From Candidatus Poribacteria bacterium (lineage in GTDB: Bacteria > Poribacteria > WGA-4E > GCA-2687025), in assembly GCA_963665845.2 (NCBI GenBank), contig OY762492.1, positions 1,888,001-1,952,000 of the forward strand: a stretch of DNA of 64,000 nucleotides, in the 5' to 3' direction. A program made the translations under genes and the position numbers. Positions 1 to 9,957 of this stretch are shown here, piece after piece. Each line of letters starts with the position of its first letter. The first letter of the stretch is position 1. The notes under the pieces were generated by a model. It was not told the DNA's origin. It did no database searches and saw only the letters and a program-made list of their open reading frames with translations.

Positions 1-455
1 TCCCTCTTCAGCTCCCCTGTTTCCACATCCCAAAGCCGTATGGAGTTGTCCCGTTTCTTGACAGCGACGGTCCGCCCGTCAAAAGAATAAGCGAACGAAC
101 GGACGTTGTCTAATTCGCGCGAAACCGCCTTTAGCTCCCCCGACGCAACATCCCAAATGCGGAAGTCTGAAAAACTACGCCCAACAAGATAGCGGCCGCC
201 GTCCTTGAACTCCAGCCAGTTCACCTCCTGACGAAACTCCGCCATCGAATGAATTATCCGCCCGGTTTGAGCGTCTAAAAGCCGCACAATCCCATTCGTG
301 TCGCCCGCCGCAAGCAGTTCGCTGTCAGCGGACAATGCCGCCCGCATGACAGAGCCAGGGTGGCGCGCAAGAACCCTCTGCGCTTCCCCTTCGTCAACCA
401 AGAGAAGCCAACACGCCAAACCGATCCATGCCAAGCATGCCCCGCGTTTCATCAT
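1..455 (-). CDS. WD40-repeat secreted protein, 7th paralog of the array (5' part only; runs off the window edge)
   Basis: Manual translation MMKRGACLAWIGLACWLLLVDEGEAQRVLARHPGSVMRAALSADSELLAAGDTNG...; RBS AAGGA; clearly paralogous to 9958..12306 and 12318..14651; absent from the ORF track because it has no stop in the window. Confidence 0.9.
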   Translation of the reverse strand, partial: MMKRGACLAWIGLACWLLLVDEGEAQRVLARHPGSVMRAALSADSELLAAGDTNGIVRLLDAQTGRIIHSMAEFRQEVNWLEFKDGGRYLVGRSFSDFRIWDVASGELKAVSRELDNVRSFAYSFDGRTVAVKKRDNSIRLWDVETGELKR

Positions 456-466
456 CCAATTTCCTT

Positions 467-2788
467 TTATTTCAACAGAACCATGCGCCGCGTTTCTGAA
501 AAGCCGCCCGCCTCAATGCGGACAAAATAGACGCCGCTAGCCGCCGGCGCGCCGAGGGCGTCCTTGCCGTCCCAGTACGCCGCCTTCTCTTTAGCGCGGT
601 AGGAACCCGCCGGCAGTTCGCCCAGCTCCAACCGCCTGACCGCTTGACCCGCCGAGTCGTAGATTGAGATCGTCACGGCGCTTTCTTGCGCCAGATCGAA
701 CGGAATCCACGTTTCGGGGTTGAACGGGTTCGGGTAATTCGGGAGGAGCGCGTTCTTGAATAAAAGAGGCGAATTCGGGCGCTTGACGTCTGACCAGAAA
801 ATCGGCAGGTCTTCAACGCTCCACAGCAGAACGCGGCCATCCTTCCCGCCGCTGATAAGCGAAAGGCTGTCGGGGGAAAACGCAACGGAGCTCACATACC
901 CGACATGCCCGGTCAACGTTCTTTTAAGTTCAAACGTCTCGGCGTCCCAGATGCGTATCGCCCCGTCATCGTCCCCGACAGCGATCAGCGCGCCGTCGGG
1001 CGAATAGGCGGCGGAGACAACGGCTCCTTCATGCCCTTCCAGCTCCGCCCGCAGCGCGCCGTATCGAACACCCCAGAGACGCGCAGCCGAATCCTCCCCG
1101 CCGGTCAAGAGCGTTTTGCCGTCCGGCGAGAAGGCAAGCGTTTTCACACGCTCTCCATCCGCAAACGTTCGAATCAAATTGCCCGATTCGGAATTCCACA
1201 AAAACGCCCCGTCATACCCCCCGACCGCCAGCGTTTGGCCGTCCGGCGAATACACAATCGAACTAGGCGCCCATTGATCTCCTTTCAGGTCTGAAAACAC
1301 GTCGCCGGAATCGATCCGCCAGATATGGACGTCTTTGCCTTGATAGTTGTAATCGGTGAACGCGAGCGATTTGCCGTCCGGCGAAAATGCAAGCGACGAC
1401 GGTCTGTAGTCCGCCAATTCCGCTGCAATCTCTCCCGTCTCGGCGTTCCTAATCTGTATGCCGTCATATTTCAAGGCTGCGATGTATTGACCGTCCTGCG
1501 AAAGAGCCGCAGGCCCCTTATAATATCCGTACTGCGCAGTCGCCTGTCCTGTTAAAAGATCCCAAATCCGAATCGAGCTGTCCCCAGTCCAAATGCGCCG
1601 AGGCGAGCTGAAGACGTATCGGCCGTCAGGCGAAAGAGAAACGGACGCAATCGGCGTGTTGTTCGCGGGCGCCTCGCCTTTTACCTCTCCCGTCTCGATG
1701 TCCCAGACGCGTGTTGTTCTGGACCGATAATAGTCTTCCCAAACGGGGGTTGAGGCGGCCGTACGCCCGTCCGGCGACAGCGCCGCCAGATATAAGATTC
1801 CCCGAAACGTCGAGACAATTTCCCCTGTCTCCGCATCCCATATTTGCGCCTGATTCGAATCGTATCCGACGACCAATTTGCTGCTGTCTTCTGAGAAGAA
1901 CTGCCGATCGGACGCAACAAAAGAATCCCTTCGGTTTGTCCTTAGAATCCTCTCCGTTTCCAGTTCCCACAGGGTAACGACATCGTTGCCGTTCACGGTT
2001 AGCAGCCTTCGTCCGTCGGGAGAGAACTTGGCGATCTCAAAATCTCCGCCAAAGGAGGATGTCATCTTCCCTGTTTTCACATCCCATATCTCCGCCGTTC
2101 CGGTTCCGTCCCCGTATTCGTATCTGAAGCGAACGCGCGCCATCGACTGGTTGTCGGGAAGAAACGCAATGGGGGAACGAGACGCCCTACTCCGTCCAGG
2201 AATGCTGATCCGATGTTTTACCCGCAGCGTCTCAGCGTTCCAAATATAGAGACCGTCTTCCCAAGGAGCGGCAATTAGCAGCCCGTCATGCGAATAAACC
2301 ATAGAACCTAGATGAACGCCGACATCCTCCAACTCCCCTTTCATCTTCCCCGACAGAAAATCCCAGACGCTCACAACGCTGTATTCGTTGCGGACGGCGA
2401 TCGTTCGCCGGTCCGGCGACAGGGCGACATCGTAACAAATGCCCAATTTGTCCGAAATTGGGAGACGTTCGCCGGTCTTCAGGTCATGCGCCTGCAGCCT
2501 GGAAAAGCTGGAGTTGAGTAGATAGCGGCTCCCGGGCCAAAAGCGCATCCAGTCCACCTCCGATATATTGCCGTCCAGCGTCTGTATGAGCGTTCCTGTT
2601 GAGTAGTCCCAGAGCTGTATCGCCCCGCCTTCCCCGCCGCTCGCAAGCGTCTTGCCGTCAGGAGACAGCGCCAACGAAGCGTCGCTTCCTGGATGCGCCC
2701 CAACAACTCTCTGCGCAAAGCCGTCCGCCGCCGACAGCCAAAATGCCGCCAGCGCCGCCAAAATCGATGCCGCTGTCCGTCTCATCAT
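467..2788 (-). CDS. Secreted WD40-repeat protein (~14 blades) with C-terminal FlgD-Ig/T9SS-CTD-like domain (subfamily X)
   Basis: Signal peptide, repeated SPDG...WD motifs, C-terminal LLPNYPNPFNPETWIPF...WDG...ASGVYF...RMVLLK; RBS AGGAGG before ATG. Confidence 0.93.
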   Translation of the reverse strand: MMRRTAASILAALAAFWLSAADGFAQRVVGAHPGSDASLALSPDGKTLASGGEGGAIQLWDYSTGTLIQTLDGNISEVDWMRFWPGSRYLLNSSFSRLQAHDLKTGERLPISDKLGICYDVALSPDRRTIAVRNEYSVVSVWDFLSGKMKGELEDVGVHLGSMVYSHDGLLIAAPWEDGLYIWNAETLRVKHRISIPGRSRASRSPIAFLPDNQSMARVRFRYEYGDGTGTAEIWDVKTGKMTSSFGGDFEIAKFSPDGRRLLTVNGNDVVTLWELETERILRTNRRDSFVASDRQFFSEDSSKLVVGYDSNQAQIWDAETGEIVSTFRGILYLAALSPDGRTAASTPVWEDYYRSRTTRVWDIETGEVKGEAPANNTPIASVSLSPDGRYVFSSPRRIWTGDSSIRIWDLLTGQATAQYGYYKGPAALSQDGQYIAALKYDGIQIRNAETGEIAAELADYRPSSLAFSPDGKSLAFTDYNYQGKDVHIWRIDSGDVFSDLKGDQWAPSSIVYSPDGQTLAVGGYDGAFLWNSESGNLIRTFADGERVKTLAFSPDGKTLLTGGEDSAARLWGVRYGALRAELEGHEGAVVSAAYSPDGALIAVGDDDGAIRIWDAETFELKRTLTGHVGYVSSVAFSPDSLSLISGGKDGRVLLWSVEDLPIFWSDVKRPNSPLLFKNALLPNYPNPFNPETWIPFDLAQESAVTISIYDSAGQAVRRLELGELPAGSYRAKEKAAYWDGKDALGAPAASGVYFVRIEAGGFSETRRMVLLK

Positions 2789-2819
2789 CAAGCCTCCTGT
2801 TGCCTCTCAACGCTTGCTT

Positions 2820-2836
2820 AGCAAAATTGGCGCCAG
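2820..2836 (-). promoter_or_regulatory. sigma-54 -24/-12 promoter for the 467..2788 gene (and possibly the downstream paralog)
   Basis: Minus strand CTGGCGCCAATTTTGCT = TGG-N10-GC matching the YTGGCACG-N4-TTGCW consensus, ~30 bp upstream of the start. Confidence 0.75.
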
Positions 2837-2875
2837 ACCAGAAACCGCCTATTTGCGAAAATACTCGCCGAAAAA

Positions 2876-2912
2876 CGTACGTTATGGTACGCCTCCCGGA
2901 CGAAAACGTACG
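2876..2912. promoter_or_regulatory. Tandem palindromic putative activator sites (UAS), CG(T/G)AC-N6-GTACG x2
   Basis: CGTACgttatgGTACG (2876-2891) and CGGACgaaaacGTACG (2897-2912), 21-bp period, upstream of the sigma-54 box. Confidence 0.55.
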
Positions 2913-2919
2913 CCCCGAG

Positions 2920-5262
2920 TTATTTCAACAGAACCATGCGCCGCGTTTCTGAAAAGCCGCCCGCTTCGATGCGGACGAAATAGACGCCGCTGGCGGCAGG
3001 CGCGCCGAGGGCGTCCTTGCCGTCCCAGTACGCCGCCTTCTCTTTAGCGCGGTAGGAACCCGCCGGCAATTGCCCCAGCTCCATGCGCCTGACCATTTGA
3101 CCCGCCGAATCATAGATCGCGATCGTCACGGCGCTTTCTTGCGCCAGATCGAACGGAATCCACGTTTCAGGGTTGAACGGGTTTGGGTAATTCGGCAGAA
3201 GCGCGTTCTTCAAAAGAAGAGGCGAATTCGGACGCTTCACGTCTGACCAGAAAACAGGTAGCTCTTCAAACCTCCACAGCAGAACGCGCCCATCCTTTCC
3301 GCCGCTCACAAGCGATTTACTGTCGGGAGAAAACGCAACCGCGTTCACCCAACCTGCATGCCCCCTCAACGTCTTCTTCAGGTCATATGTCTTGGCGCTC
3401 CAAATCCGTACCGTCCCGTCCTTTCCTCCGGTGGCGATGTGCTGTCCGTCAGGCGAATACGCCAAAGCATGAACGGCGCCCTCATGACCAATCATCTTTC
3501 CTGTCAACGCGCCGTTCTTCGCGCTCCAAACGCGCGCGATGGAATCTTCTCCTGCAACCGCTATCGATTCCCCGCTCGGCGACAACGCCAGCGCATGAAA
3601 ATACCCGACCGCTTCCACGGTTTGAAGAATCTCCCGCGTCTCCACATCCCAAAGATGGACGTTTTCCTCGCTCCCAGAAGCGGCTAAAACGCTTCCGTCT
3701 CCTGAAAAGGATAGATTGTAAATCCGCCCGCTCGGAGCCGTGAGCGCTTCCTCCGTTGTTCCCGTTGAGATGTCCAAAAAACGCACGACCCCTTGTTCCT
3801 TGGCAGCATTGCTGTTGAAGGCGAGCGTCTTTCCATCAGGGAAATAGGCAAACGAACCGGAAGAGTAGCCTTCCAATTCCACGATCTGCTCCCCTGTTTC
3901 CGCGTCCCATACGCCGATCATATCGCCGTATCTTCTGGCCGAGGCGACGGTCCGCCCGTCCGGCGAAAACGCGGATGGTCCAGAAAAGGCTTCGATATGC
4001 CTGTTCTCCTTCCCTGTTGAAACATCCCAGATGCGAATGCCGTAATCCGTGATCCATCCTTTTTCGCAGGAGCTGGCGACAGAGCGCCCGTCCGGCGAAA
4101 ACGACAACGACGCAATCTCCGAACTTCCCGGAACTAAGAATTGAGCGGTCTCCCGCCCCTGAATGTCCCAACGAGTGAACTCTGCCCCCCAAAGCGTTAT
4201 GACGATCGTCGCCGTCAACAGACCACTCGACGACAAGAAAGCATGGTACTTATCGCCGCTCTCTATGACCGACCTCAGATCCTTTGTCTCCACATCCCAA
4301 ATTTGAATCGTTGTCGTATCGCTTTCCCTGTTGTATCTTGAAGCGGCCATGAGCCTGCTGTCAAGTGAAAACCTAGGCGCGCCAAACCCCTCCTCAAATG
4401 CGACCAGCTCCTCCCCTGTTCTGAGGTCCCAGAGACCGGCATTTCCGCCGTTGTACCCCGCCAGCGCGCTTCCGTCCGGCGCAAACCTGGCGCCCGTAAA
4501 ATAGTCCCCAAAATCAAGCTGATTCTGCCCAGTTTCCGCATCCCATACATGGACAGCCGCAATATCCCTTTGGTCGCGCGTTGTATAGGTAACGCTGGCG
4601 ATGGAGCGGCTGTCGGGAAGGAACGCAATGCGGTGATCATGCGGATACAAAACCCGCCTTGCCCGCGAATCAGACGGCGTCTTGAAGCGCGTTTTCAGTT
4701 GACCCGTTGCCGCGTCCCAAATATAAACATCCTCATCTCCGGCGCCGGCGGCAAGCCGCCCGTCAGGAGAAAAAGCAAGCGCGTCAATATCCTCGCTGAC
4801 AGCCTCTATCTCCCTCTTCAGCTCCCCCGTTTCCACATCCCAAAGCTTTACGGGGCCGTCCCATTTCTTGGCAGCGACGGTCCGCCCGTCAGAAGAAAAA
4901 GCGAACGGACTGACGAGGTCCAATTCGCGCGAAACAGCCTTCAGCTCCCCCGACGCCGCATCCCAAATGCGAAGGTTCGAAAAACTGTACCCAACAAGAT
5001 ACCGATCGCCCCCCTTGAACCCCAGCCAGTCCACTTCCTGACAAAACTGCGCCATCGAATGAATGATCCGCCCGGTTCGAGCGTCCAAAAGCCGCACAAG
5101 TCCATTCGTGTCGCCCGTCGCAAGCATCTCCCCGTCAGCCGACAGCGCCGCCTCATAGACGGTTCCAGGATGCTGCCCAACAATCCTCTGCGCAAAACCG
5201 TTCGCAGCCGACAGCCAAAATACTGCCAATGCAGCCAAAATCGACACCGCAGCCCGTCTCAT
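2920..5262 (-). CDS. Secreted WD40-repeat protein with C-terminal FlgD-Ig/CTD-like domain (subfamily Y body, type-A signal peptide)
   Basis: 780-aa ORF, WD repeats, same C-terminal domain. Confidence 0.93.
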   Translation of the reverse strand: MRRAAVSILAALAVFWLSAANGFAQRIVGQHPGTVYEAALSADGEMLATGDTNGLVRLLDARTGRIIHSMAQFCQEVDWLGFKGGDRYLVGYSFSNLRIWDAASGELKAVSRELDLVSPFAFSSDGRTVAAKKWDGPVKLWDVETGELKREIEAVSEDIDALAFSPDGRLAAGAGDEDVYIWDAATGQLKTRFKTPSDSRARRVLYPHDHRIAFLPDSRSIASVTYTTRDQRDIAAVHVWDAETGQNQLDFGDYFTGARFAPDGSALAGYNGGNAGLWDLRTGEELVAFEEGFGAPRFSLDSRLMAASRYNRESDTTTIQIWDVETKDLRSVIESGDKYHAFLSSSGLLTATIVITLWGAEFTRWDIQGRETAQFLVPGSSEIASLSFSPDGRSVASSCEKGWITDYGIRIWDVSTGKENRHIEAFSGPSAFSPDGRTVASARRYGDMIGVWDAETGEQIVELEGYSSGSFAYFPDGKTLAFNSNAAKEQGVVRFLDISTGTTEEALTAPSGRIYNLSFSGDGSVLAASGSEENVHLWDVETREILQTVEAVGYFHALALSPSGESIAVAGEDSIARVWSAKNGALTGKMIGHEGAVHALAYSPDGQHIATGGKDGTVRIWSAKTYDLKKTLRGHAGWVNAVAFSPDSKSLVSGGKDGRVLLWRFEELPVFWSDVKRPNSPLLLKNALLPNYPNPFNPETWIPFDLAQESAVTIAIYDSAGQMVRRMELGQLPAGSYRAKEKAAYWDGKDALGAPAASGVYFVRIEAGGFSETRRMVLLK

Positions 5263-5277
5263 CGTCCATTCTCCTCT

Positions 5278-7608
5278 TTATTTCAACAGAACCATGCGCC
5301 GCGTTTCTGAAAAGCTGCCCGCCTCAATGCGGACGAAATAGACGCCGCTGGCGGCGGGCGCGCCGAGGGCGTCCCTGCCGTCCCAGTACGCCGCTTTCTC
5401 TTTAGCGCGGTAAGAACCTGCCGGCAATTTGCCCAGTTCCAACCGCCTTACGGTTTGACCCGCCGAGTCGTAGATCGTTATCGTCACGGCGCTTTCTTGC
5501 GCCAGATCGAACGGAATCCAGGTTTCGGGGTTGAACGGGTTTGGGTAATTCGGGAGGAGCGCGTTCTTGAAAAGAAGAGGCGAATTCGGGCGTTTAACGT
5601 CTGACCATAAAACAGGTTGATCTTCAAATCTCCACAGCAGAACGCGCCCATCCTTCCCGCCGCTCACAAGCGATATGCTGTCGGGGGAAAACGCAACGGA
5701 GCTCACATACCCGATATGCCCTGTCAACGTTCGTTTCAATTCAAACGTCTCGGCGCTCCATATGCGGACGGCGCTGTCGTCGCCGGCGCTGGCGATGTAA
5801 CGTCCGTCCGGCGAATAAGCGACAGCGCGAATCTTGCCCTCATGCCCGCGCAGCCTCGTCTGCTGCGCGCCGTTCTTGACGCTCCACACTCGAATCATCG
5901 AATCCTCGCAACCGGCCGCGGCGAAACGGCCGTCCGCCGACAACGCCAACGAATCGATCAGCGATTTAGAGGTCAACGTACGGACAAGCGCGCGCGTTTC
6001 GACGTTCCAGATATGAATATCGGAGCCGTCGCCTTCAGCGGCGAGTGTCAACCCGTCGCTCGAAATTGCCAGTATGGACAGGGAATCGCTGGGTGAGTGG
6101 AACGCCTCGACCGCCTCGCCTGTCGCCGCGTTCACATAGCGTACGGTACCGCCTCCGTGGAAAGATTGAGTGAAGGCAAGCTGCTCTCCGTCCGATGTGA
6201 AGACGAACGATCTAGGCGTGTAGCCGTTTAATTCCATGACCGTCTCGCCCGTTTCCGCGTCCCAGACGGCGAGTCCTTTGTGAATGCCGACGCCTGCGAT
6301 ATAGCGTCCGTCCGGCGAGTACACGACCGAGCCTACTTCGGCTTTGAAGCGGAACTTTTCTTCCCCTGTTGAGATGTCCCAGACGCGAATGTTATCATCC
6401 GTGAGCCATCCAATGTTGCGCGAGCTGGCGGCGAAGCGTCCGTCCGGCGAGAACGAAACCGAGTGAATCCCGGTACTGCCGTGAACGGAGTAGCGATGCT
6501 TTTGCTGAGTCTCCATATCCCAATAATCGATGGAGCTGTCTGCGAGCGTTAGCCGTGTTGCCAGCAGCCAACCATTCGATGACAACAGAATGCCGCCCCA
6601 GTATGCGCTGCCATAGGCCGCAATCCGCTGCTTTGTTTTCACATCCCAAACATGAAGCGGGGTCGTTCTGTTCAGAATATCCCATCCGAGGGCTGCGATC
6701 ATCCGCCCGTCTGTAGAGAAGGTTGAGTCTCGGAAATCGTCAGGCAATTCCATCCAGACGGCTCCTGTTTCCAGATCCCATAGACGAGTCGTTCCGCTGC
6801 CTTCCTCCTTGAGAAGGCTGCCGTCCGGTGAGAAAAGAGCATTGTAAAGATGAACGTCGAAGGCGCGCCGTTCTTGTCCCGTTTTCACATCCCACACATG
6901 AACCAAATCGGTTTGTGGATCGGAATGTTTTTTACGGCTCAAGCTCGCGATGGATCGGTCATCGGGCAGGAACGCAATGCGGTAATTGGAGGGGCGGGGA
7001 ACCGTTTTGAAATCGTCCAGGGGCGTCTTGAAAGAGGCGGTCAACCGTTTCGTTTCCAGGTCCCAGATATAAATGTCCTCCGCGCCGGCGCCGGCAACGA
7101 GAAGCCCTTTATGAGAAAACACAAGCGCCGTCAGCTCCTCGCTGACAGCCTCCAGCTCCCCCTCCATCTCTCCAGTTTCTACATCCCAAATCTGTACGGG
7201 ATTGTCCCTTTTCCAGGCGGCGATGGTTCTGTTGTCCGGCGAAAAAGCGGAGACGATGGCGCCTGCCAATTGATGCGAAACAGCCTTCATCTCTCCGGTC
7301 TTAACATCCCATATCCGCGGCTCACGAAAATCGGACGCGACAAGATAGCGGTTCGTTGCCCAAAATTGCGTCCAGTACACGTCCCATCGAAACGCTCCCA
7401 GCGCATGAATCATCCGCCCGGTTCGAGCGTCCAAAAGCCGCACAAGTCCATTCGCGTCGCCCGTTGCAAGCAGCTCTCCGTCCGACGACAACGCTGTCGC
7501 CATGACAAACCCAGGATGCCGCCCAACAACTCTCTGCGCAAAACCGTTCGCAGCCGACAGCCAAAATACTGCCAATGCAGCCAAAATCGACACCGCAGCC
7601 CGTTTCAT
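5278..7608 (-). CDS. Secreted WD40-repeat protein with C-terminal FlgD-Ig/CTD-like domain (divergent subfamily Z)
   Basis: 776-aa ORF, WD repeats, same C-terminal domain. Confidence 0.93.
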   Translation of the reverse strand: MKRAAVSILAALAVFWLSAANGFAQRVVGRHPGFVMATALSSDGELLATGDANGLVRLLDARTGRMIHALGAFRWDVYWTQFWATNRYLVASDFREPRIWDVKTGEMKAVSHQLAGAIVSAFSPDNRTIAAWKRDNPVQIWDVETGEMEGELEAVSEELTALVFSHKGLLVAGAGAEDIYIWDLETKRLTASFKTPLDDFKTVPRPSNYRIAFLPDDRSIASLSRKKHSDPQTDLVHVWDVKTGQERRAFDVHLYNALFSPDGSLLKEEGSGTTRLWDLETGAVWMELPDDFRDSTFSTDGRMIAALGWDILNRTTPLHVWDVKTKQRIAAYGSAYWGGILLSSNGWLLATRLTLADSSIDYWDMETQQKHRYSVHGSTGIHSVSFSPDGRFAASSRNIGWLTDDNIRVWDISTGEEKFRFKAEVGSVVYSPDGRYIAGVGIHKGLAVWDAETGETVMELNGYTPRSFVFTSDGEQLAFTQSFHGGGTVRYVNAATGEAVEAFHSPSDSLSILAISSDGLTLAAEGDGSDIHIWNVETRALVRTLTSKSLIDSLALSADGRFAAAGCEDSMIRVWSVKNGAQQTRLRGHEGKIRAVAYSPDGRYIASAGDDSAVRIWSAETFELKRTLTGHIGYVSSVAFSPDSISLVSGGKDGRVLLWRFEDQPVLWSDVKRPNSPLLFKNALLPNYPNPFNPETWIPFDLAQESAVTITIYDSAGQTVRRLELGKLPAGSYRAKEKAAYWDGRDALGAPAASGVYFVRIEAGSFSETRRMVLLK

Positions 7609-7623
7609 CGTCCATTCTCCTCT

Positions 7624-9942
7624 TTATTTCAACAGAACCATGCGCCGCGTTTCTGAAAAGCTGCCCGCCTCAATGCGGACGAAATACATCCCGCTTGCCG
7701 CTGCCGCGCCGAGGGCGTCTCTGCCGTCCCAGTACGCCGCTTTCTCTTTAGCGCGGTAGGAACCTGCCGGCAATTTGCCCAGTTCCAACCGCCTTACGGT
7801 TTGACCCGCCGAGTCGTAGATCGTTATCGTCACGGCGCTTTCTTGCACCAAATCGAACGGAATCCACGTTTCAGGGTTGAACGGGTTCGGGTAATTCGGG
7901 AGAAGCGCATTCTTCAAAAGAAGAGGCGAATTCGGACGCTTCACGTCTGACCAGAAAACAGGTTGATCTTCAAATCTCCATAGCAGAACGCGCCCATCCT
8001 TCCCGCCGCTCACAAGCGAACGGCTGTCGGGAGAAAACGCAACCGAGTTCACCCACCCGACATGCCCCGTCAACGTGTTTTCCAGCTCATACGTCTCGCC
8101 GTTCCAGATGCGTATCGCGCCCCCTTCGTCCGCGGCAGCGATAAGCCCTCCGTCAGGCGAATAGGCGGCGGAGCGGATCAACCCGTCATGCCCTCTCATC
8201 TCCGCCTTCAGTTCGCCGCTGGATATATCCCAGAGACGCGCCGCCGAGTCGTCTCCTCCGGTCAAAAGCGCGCGGCCGTCCGGCGAGAAGGCGAGCGCCC
8301 TCACAACCTCTCCATCCGCAAACGTTCGAATCAGATCGCCCGATTCGGAATGCCATAAAAACGCCCCGTCGTTTCCGCCGACCGCCAGCATACTCCCGTC
8401 CGGCGAATACGCAAGCGAACGCGCGCTCCGCTGATCGCCTTTCAGCTCCGCAGACGCCCCGCCCGAATCGATCCGCCATATATAAACGCCTTTGCGTTGA
8501 GAGTTGGGATTAATGAACGCGATCGATTTGCCGTCCGGCGAAAACGTGAACGACCGCGATTCGTAGTCTGCCAACTCCGCTGCGATCTCCCCCGTCTCGG
8601 CATTTTTAATCTGTATGCCTCTGTCCGATACAAGGGAGGCAATCCATCGACCGTCATGCGAAAACTCCGCATGCCCCCCGTAAGTCCAGTACTTCGCCTT
8701 TTCCCGCCCCGTTAAAAGATCCCAAATCCGAATCGACCTGTCCCCGGACCAGATGCGCATAGGCGAGCTGAGGATGCAGCGGCCGTCAGGAGAAAAAGAA
8801 ACGGACTCAATCGGCGTGTGGTTCGCGGGCGCCTCCCCTTTCACCTCTCCTGTCTCGATGTCCCAGACGCGCGTTCTGGACCGATCATAGCCATCCCAAA
8901 CGACGGTTGAAGAGGCGGCTGTCCGTCCGTCCGGCGACAGCGTTGTACCGTATACGCTCCCGTTAAACGTCGAGACGAGGTTCCCCGTCTCCGCATCCCA
9001 AATTTGCCCCGTATTCGAATCGAAGCCGACGACCAACTTGCCGCTGTCTTCTGAGAAGAAAGGCTGCGCATACGTATTGGACGGCCTTCGATTTGTCTGT
9101 AAAATCATTCCCGTTTCCAGTTCCCACAGCGCAACGATCTGGCTGCCGCTCACGCTCAACAGCCTTCGTCCGTCGGGAGAGAACGCGGCTTGGCTCAAAT
9201 CTCCGCCAAAAGACAATCTCATCGTACCTGTTTCCAAGTCCCATATCTCTGCCGTTCCGGTTGCGTCGCGGTCTTCTCTTTTGAAGCGAACGAGCGCCAT
9301 TGACCGGTTGTCGGGAAGGAACGCAATGCGGTACCGATACTCCAAAACCTGTCCAGGAATGCTGATCTGATGTTTCATCTGCAGCGTTTCAGCGTTCCAA
9401 ATAATAACGCCGCCTTTCCAGGAGCCGGCAATCAGCCGCCCGTCATGCGAATGAATCAGCGAATCAAGATGAACGCCGACATTTTCCAATTTTCCCATCA
9501 TCTCCCCAGACATCAAATCCCAGACGCTCAAAGCGTTGGAATAGTCGTAGACAGCGATCGTTCGCCGGTCCGGCGACAGGGCGACATCCCAACAAATGCC
9601 CAGTTGATCGGAAATCGGGAGACGCTCGCCGGTCTTCACATCATGCGCCTGCAGCCTGTAAAAGCTGGAGCTGACAAGATAGCGGCTATCCGGCCAAAAG
9701 CGCATCCAGTCCACCTCCGCATGATGCCCTGCCAGCGTCCGTATGAGCGTTCCTGTTGAGTAGCGCCAGAGCTGTATTGTTCCGCTGTCCCCGCCGCTCG
9801 CAAGCGTTTTTCCGTCCGGCGACAACGCCAACGAAGCGATCGTTCCTGGATGCGTCCCAACAACCTTCTGCGCAAAACCGTTCTCAACCGGCAGCCAAAA
9901 TGCCGCTAACGCCGCCAAAATCGACACCGCAGCCCGTCTCAT
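7624..9942 (-). CDS. Secreted WD40-repeat protein with C-terminal FlgD-Ig/CTD-like domain (subfamily X)
   Basis: 772-aa ORF, closest paralog of 467..2788. Confidence 0.93.
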   Translation of the reverse strand: MRRAAVSILAALAAFWLPVENGFAQKVVGTHPGTIASLALSPDGKTLASGGDSGTIQLWRYSTGTLIRTLAGHHAEVDWMRFWPDSRYLVSSSFYRLQAHDVKTGERLPISDQLGICWDVALSPDRRTIAVYDYSNALSVWDLMSGEMMGKLENVGVHLDSLIHSHDGRLIAGSWKGGVIIWNAETLQMKHQISIPGQVLEYRYRIAFLPDNRSMALVRFKREDRDATGTAEIWDLETGTMRLSFGGDLSQAAFSPDGRRLLSVSGSQIVALWELETGMILQTNRRPSNTYAQPFFSEDSGKLVVGFDSNTGQIWDAETGNLVSTFNGSVYGTTLSPDGRTAASSTVVWDGYDRSRTRVWDIETGEVKGEAPANHTPIESVSFSPDGRCILSSPMRIWSGDRSIRIWDLLTGREKAKYWTYGGHAEFSHDGRWIASLVSDRGIQIKNAETGEIAAELADYESRSFTFSPDGKSIAFINPNSQRKGVYIWRIDSGGASAELKGDQRSARSLAYSPDGSMLAVGGNDGAFLWHSESGDLIRTFADGEVVRALAFSPDGRALLTGGDDSAARLWDISSGELKAEMRGHDGLIRSAAYSPDGGLIAAADEGGAIRIWNGETYELENTLTGHVGWVNSVAFSPDSRSLVSGGKDGRVLLWRFEDQPVFWSDVKRPNSPLLLKNALLPNYPNPFNPETWIPFDLVQESAVTITIYDSAGQTVRRLELGKLPAGSYRAKEKAAYWDGRDALGAAAASGMYFVRIEAGSFSETRRMVLLK

Positions 9943-9957
9943 CGTCCATTCTCCTCT

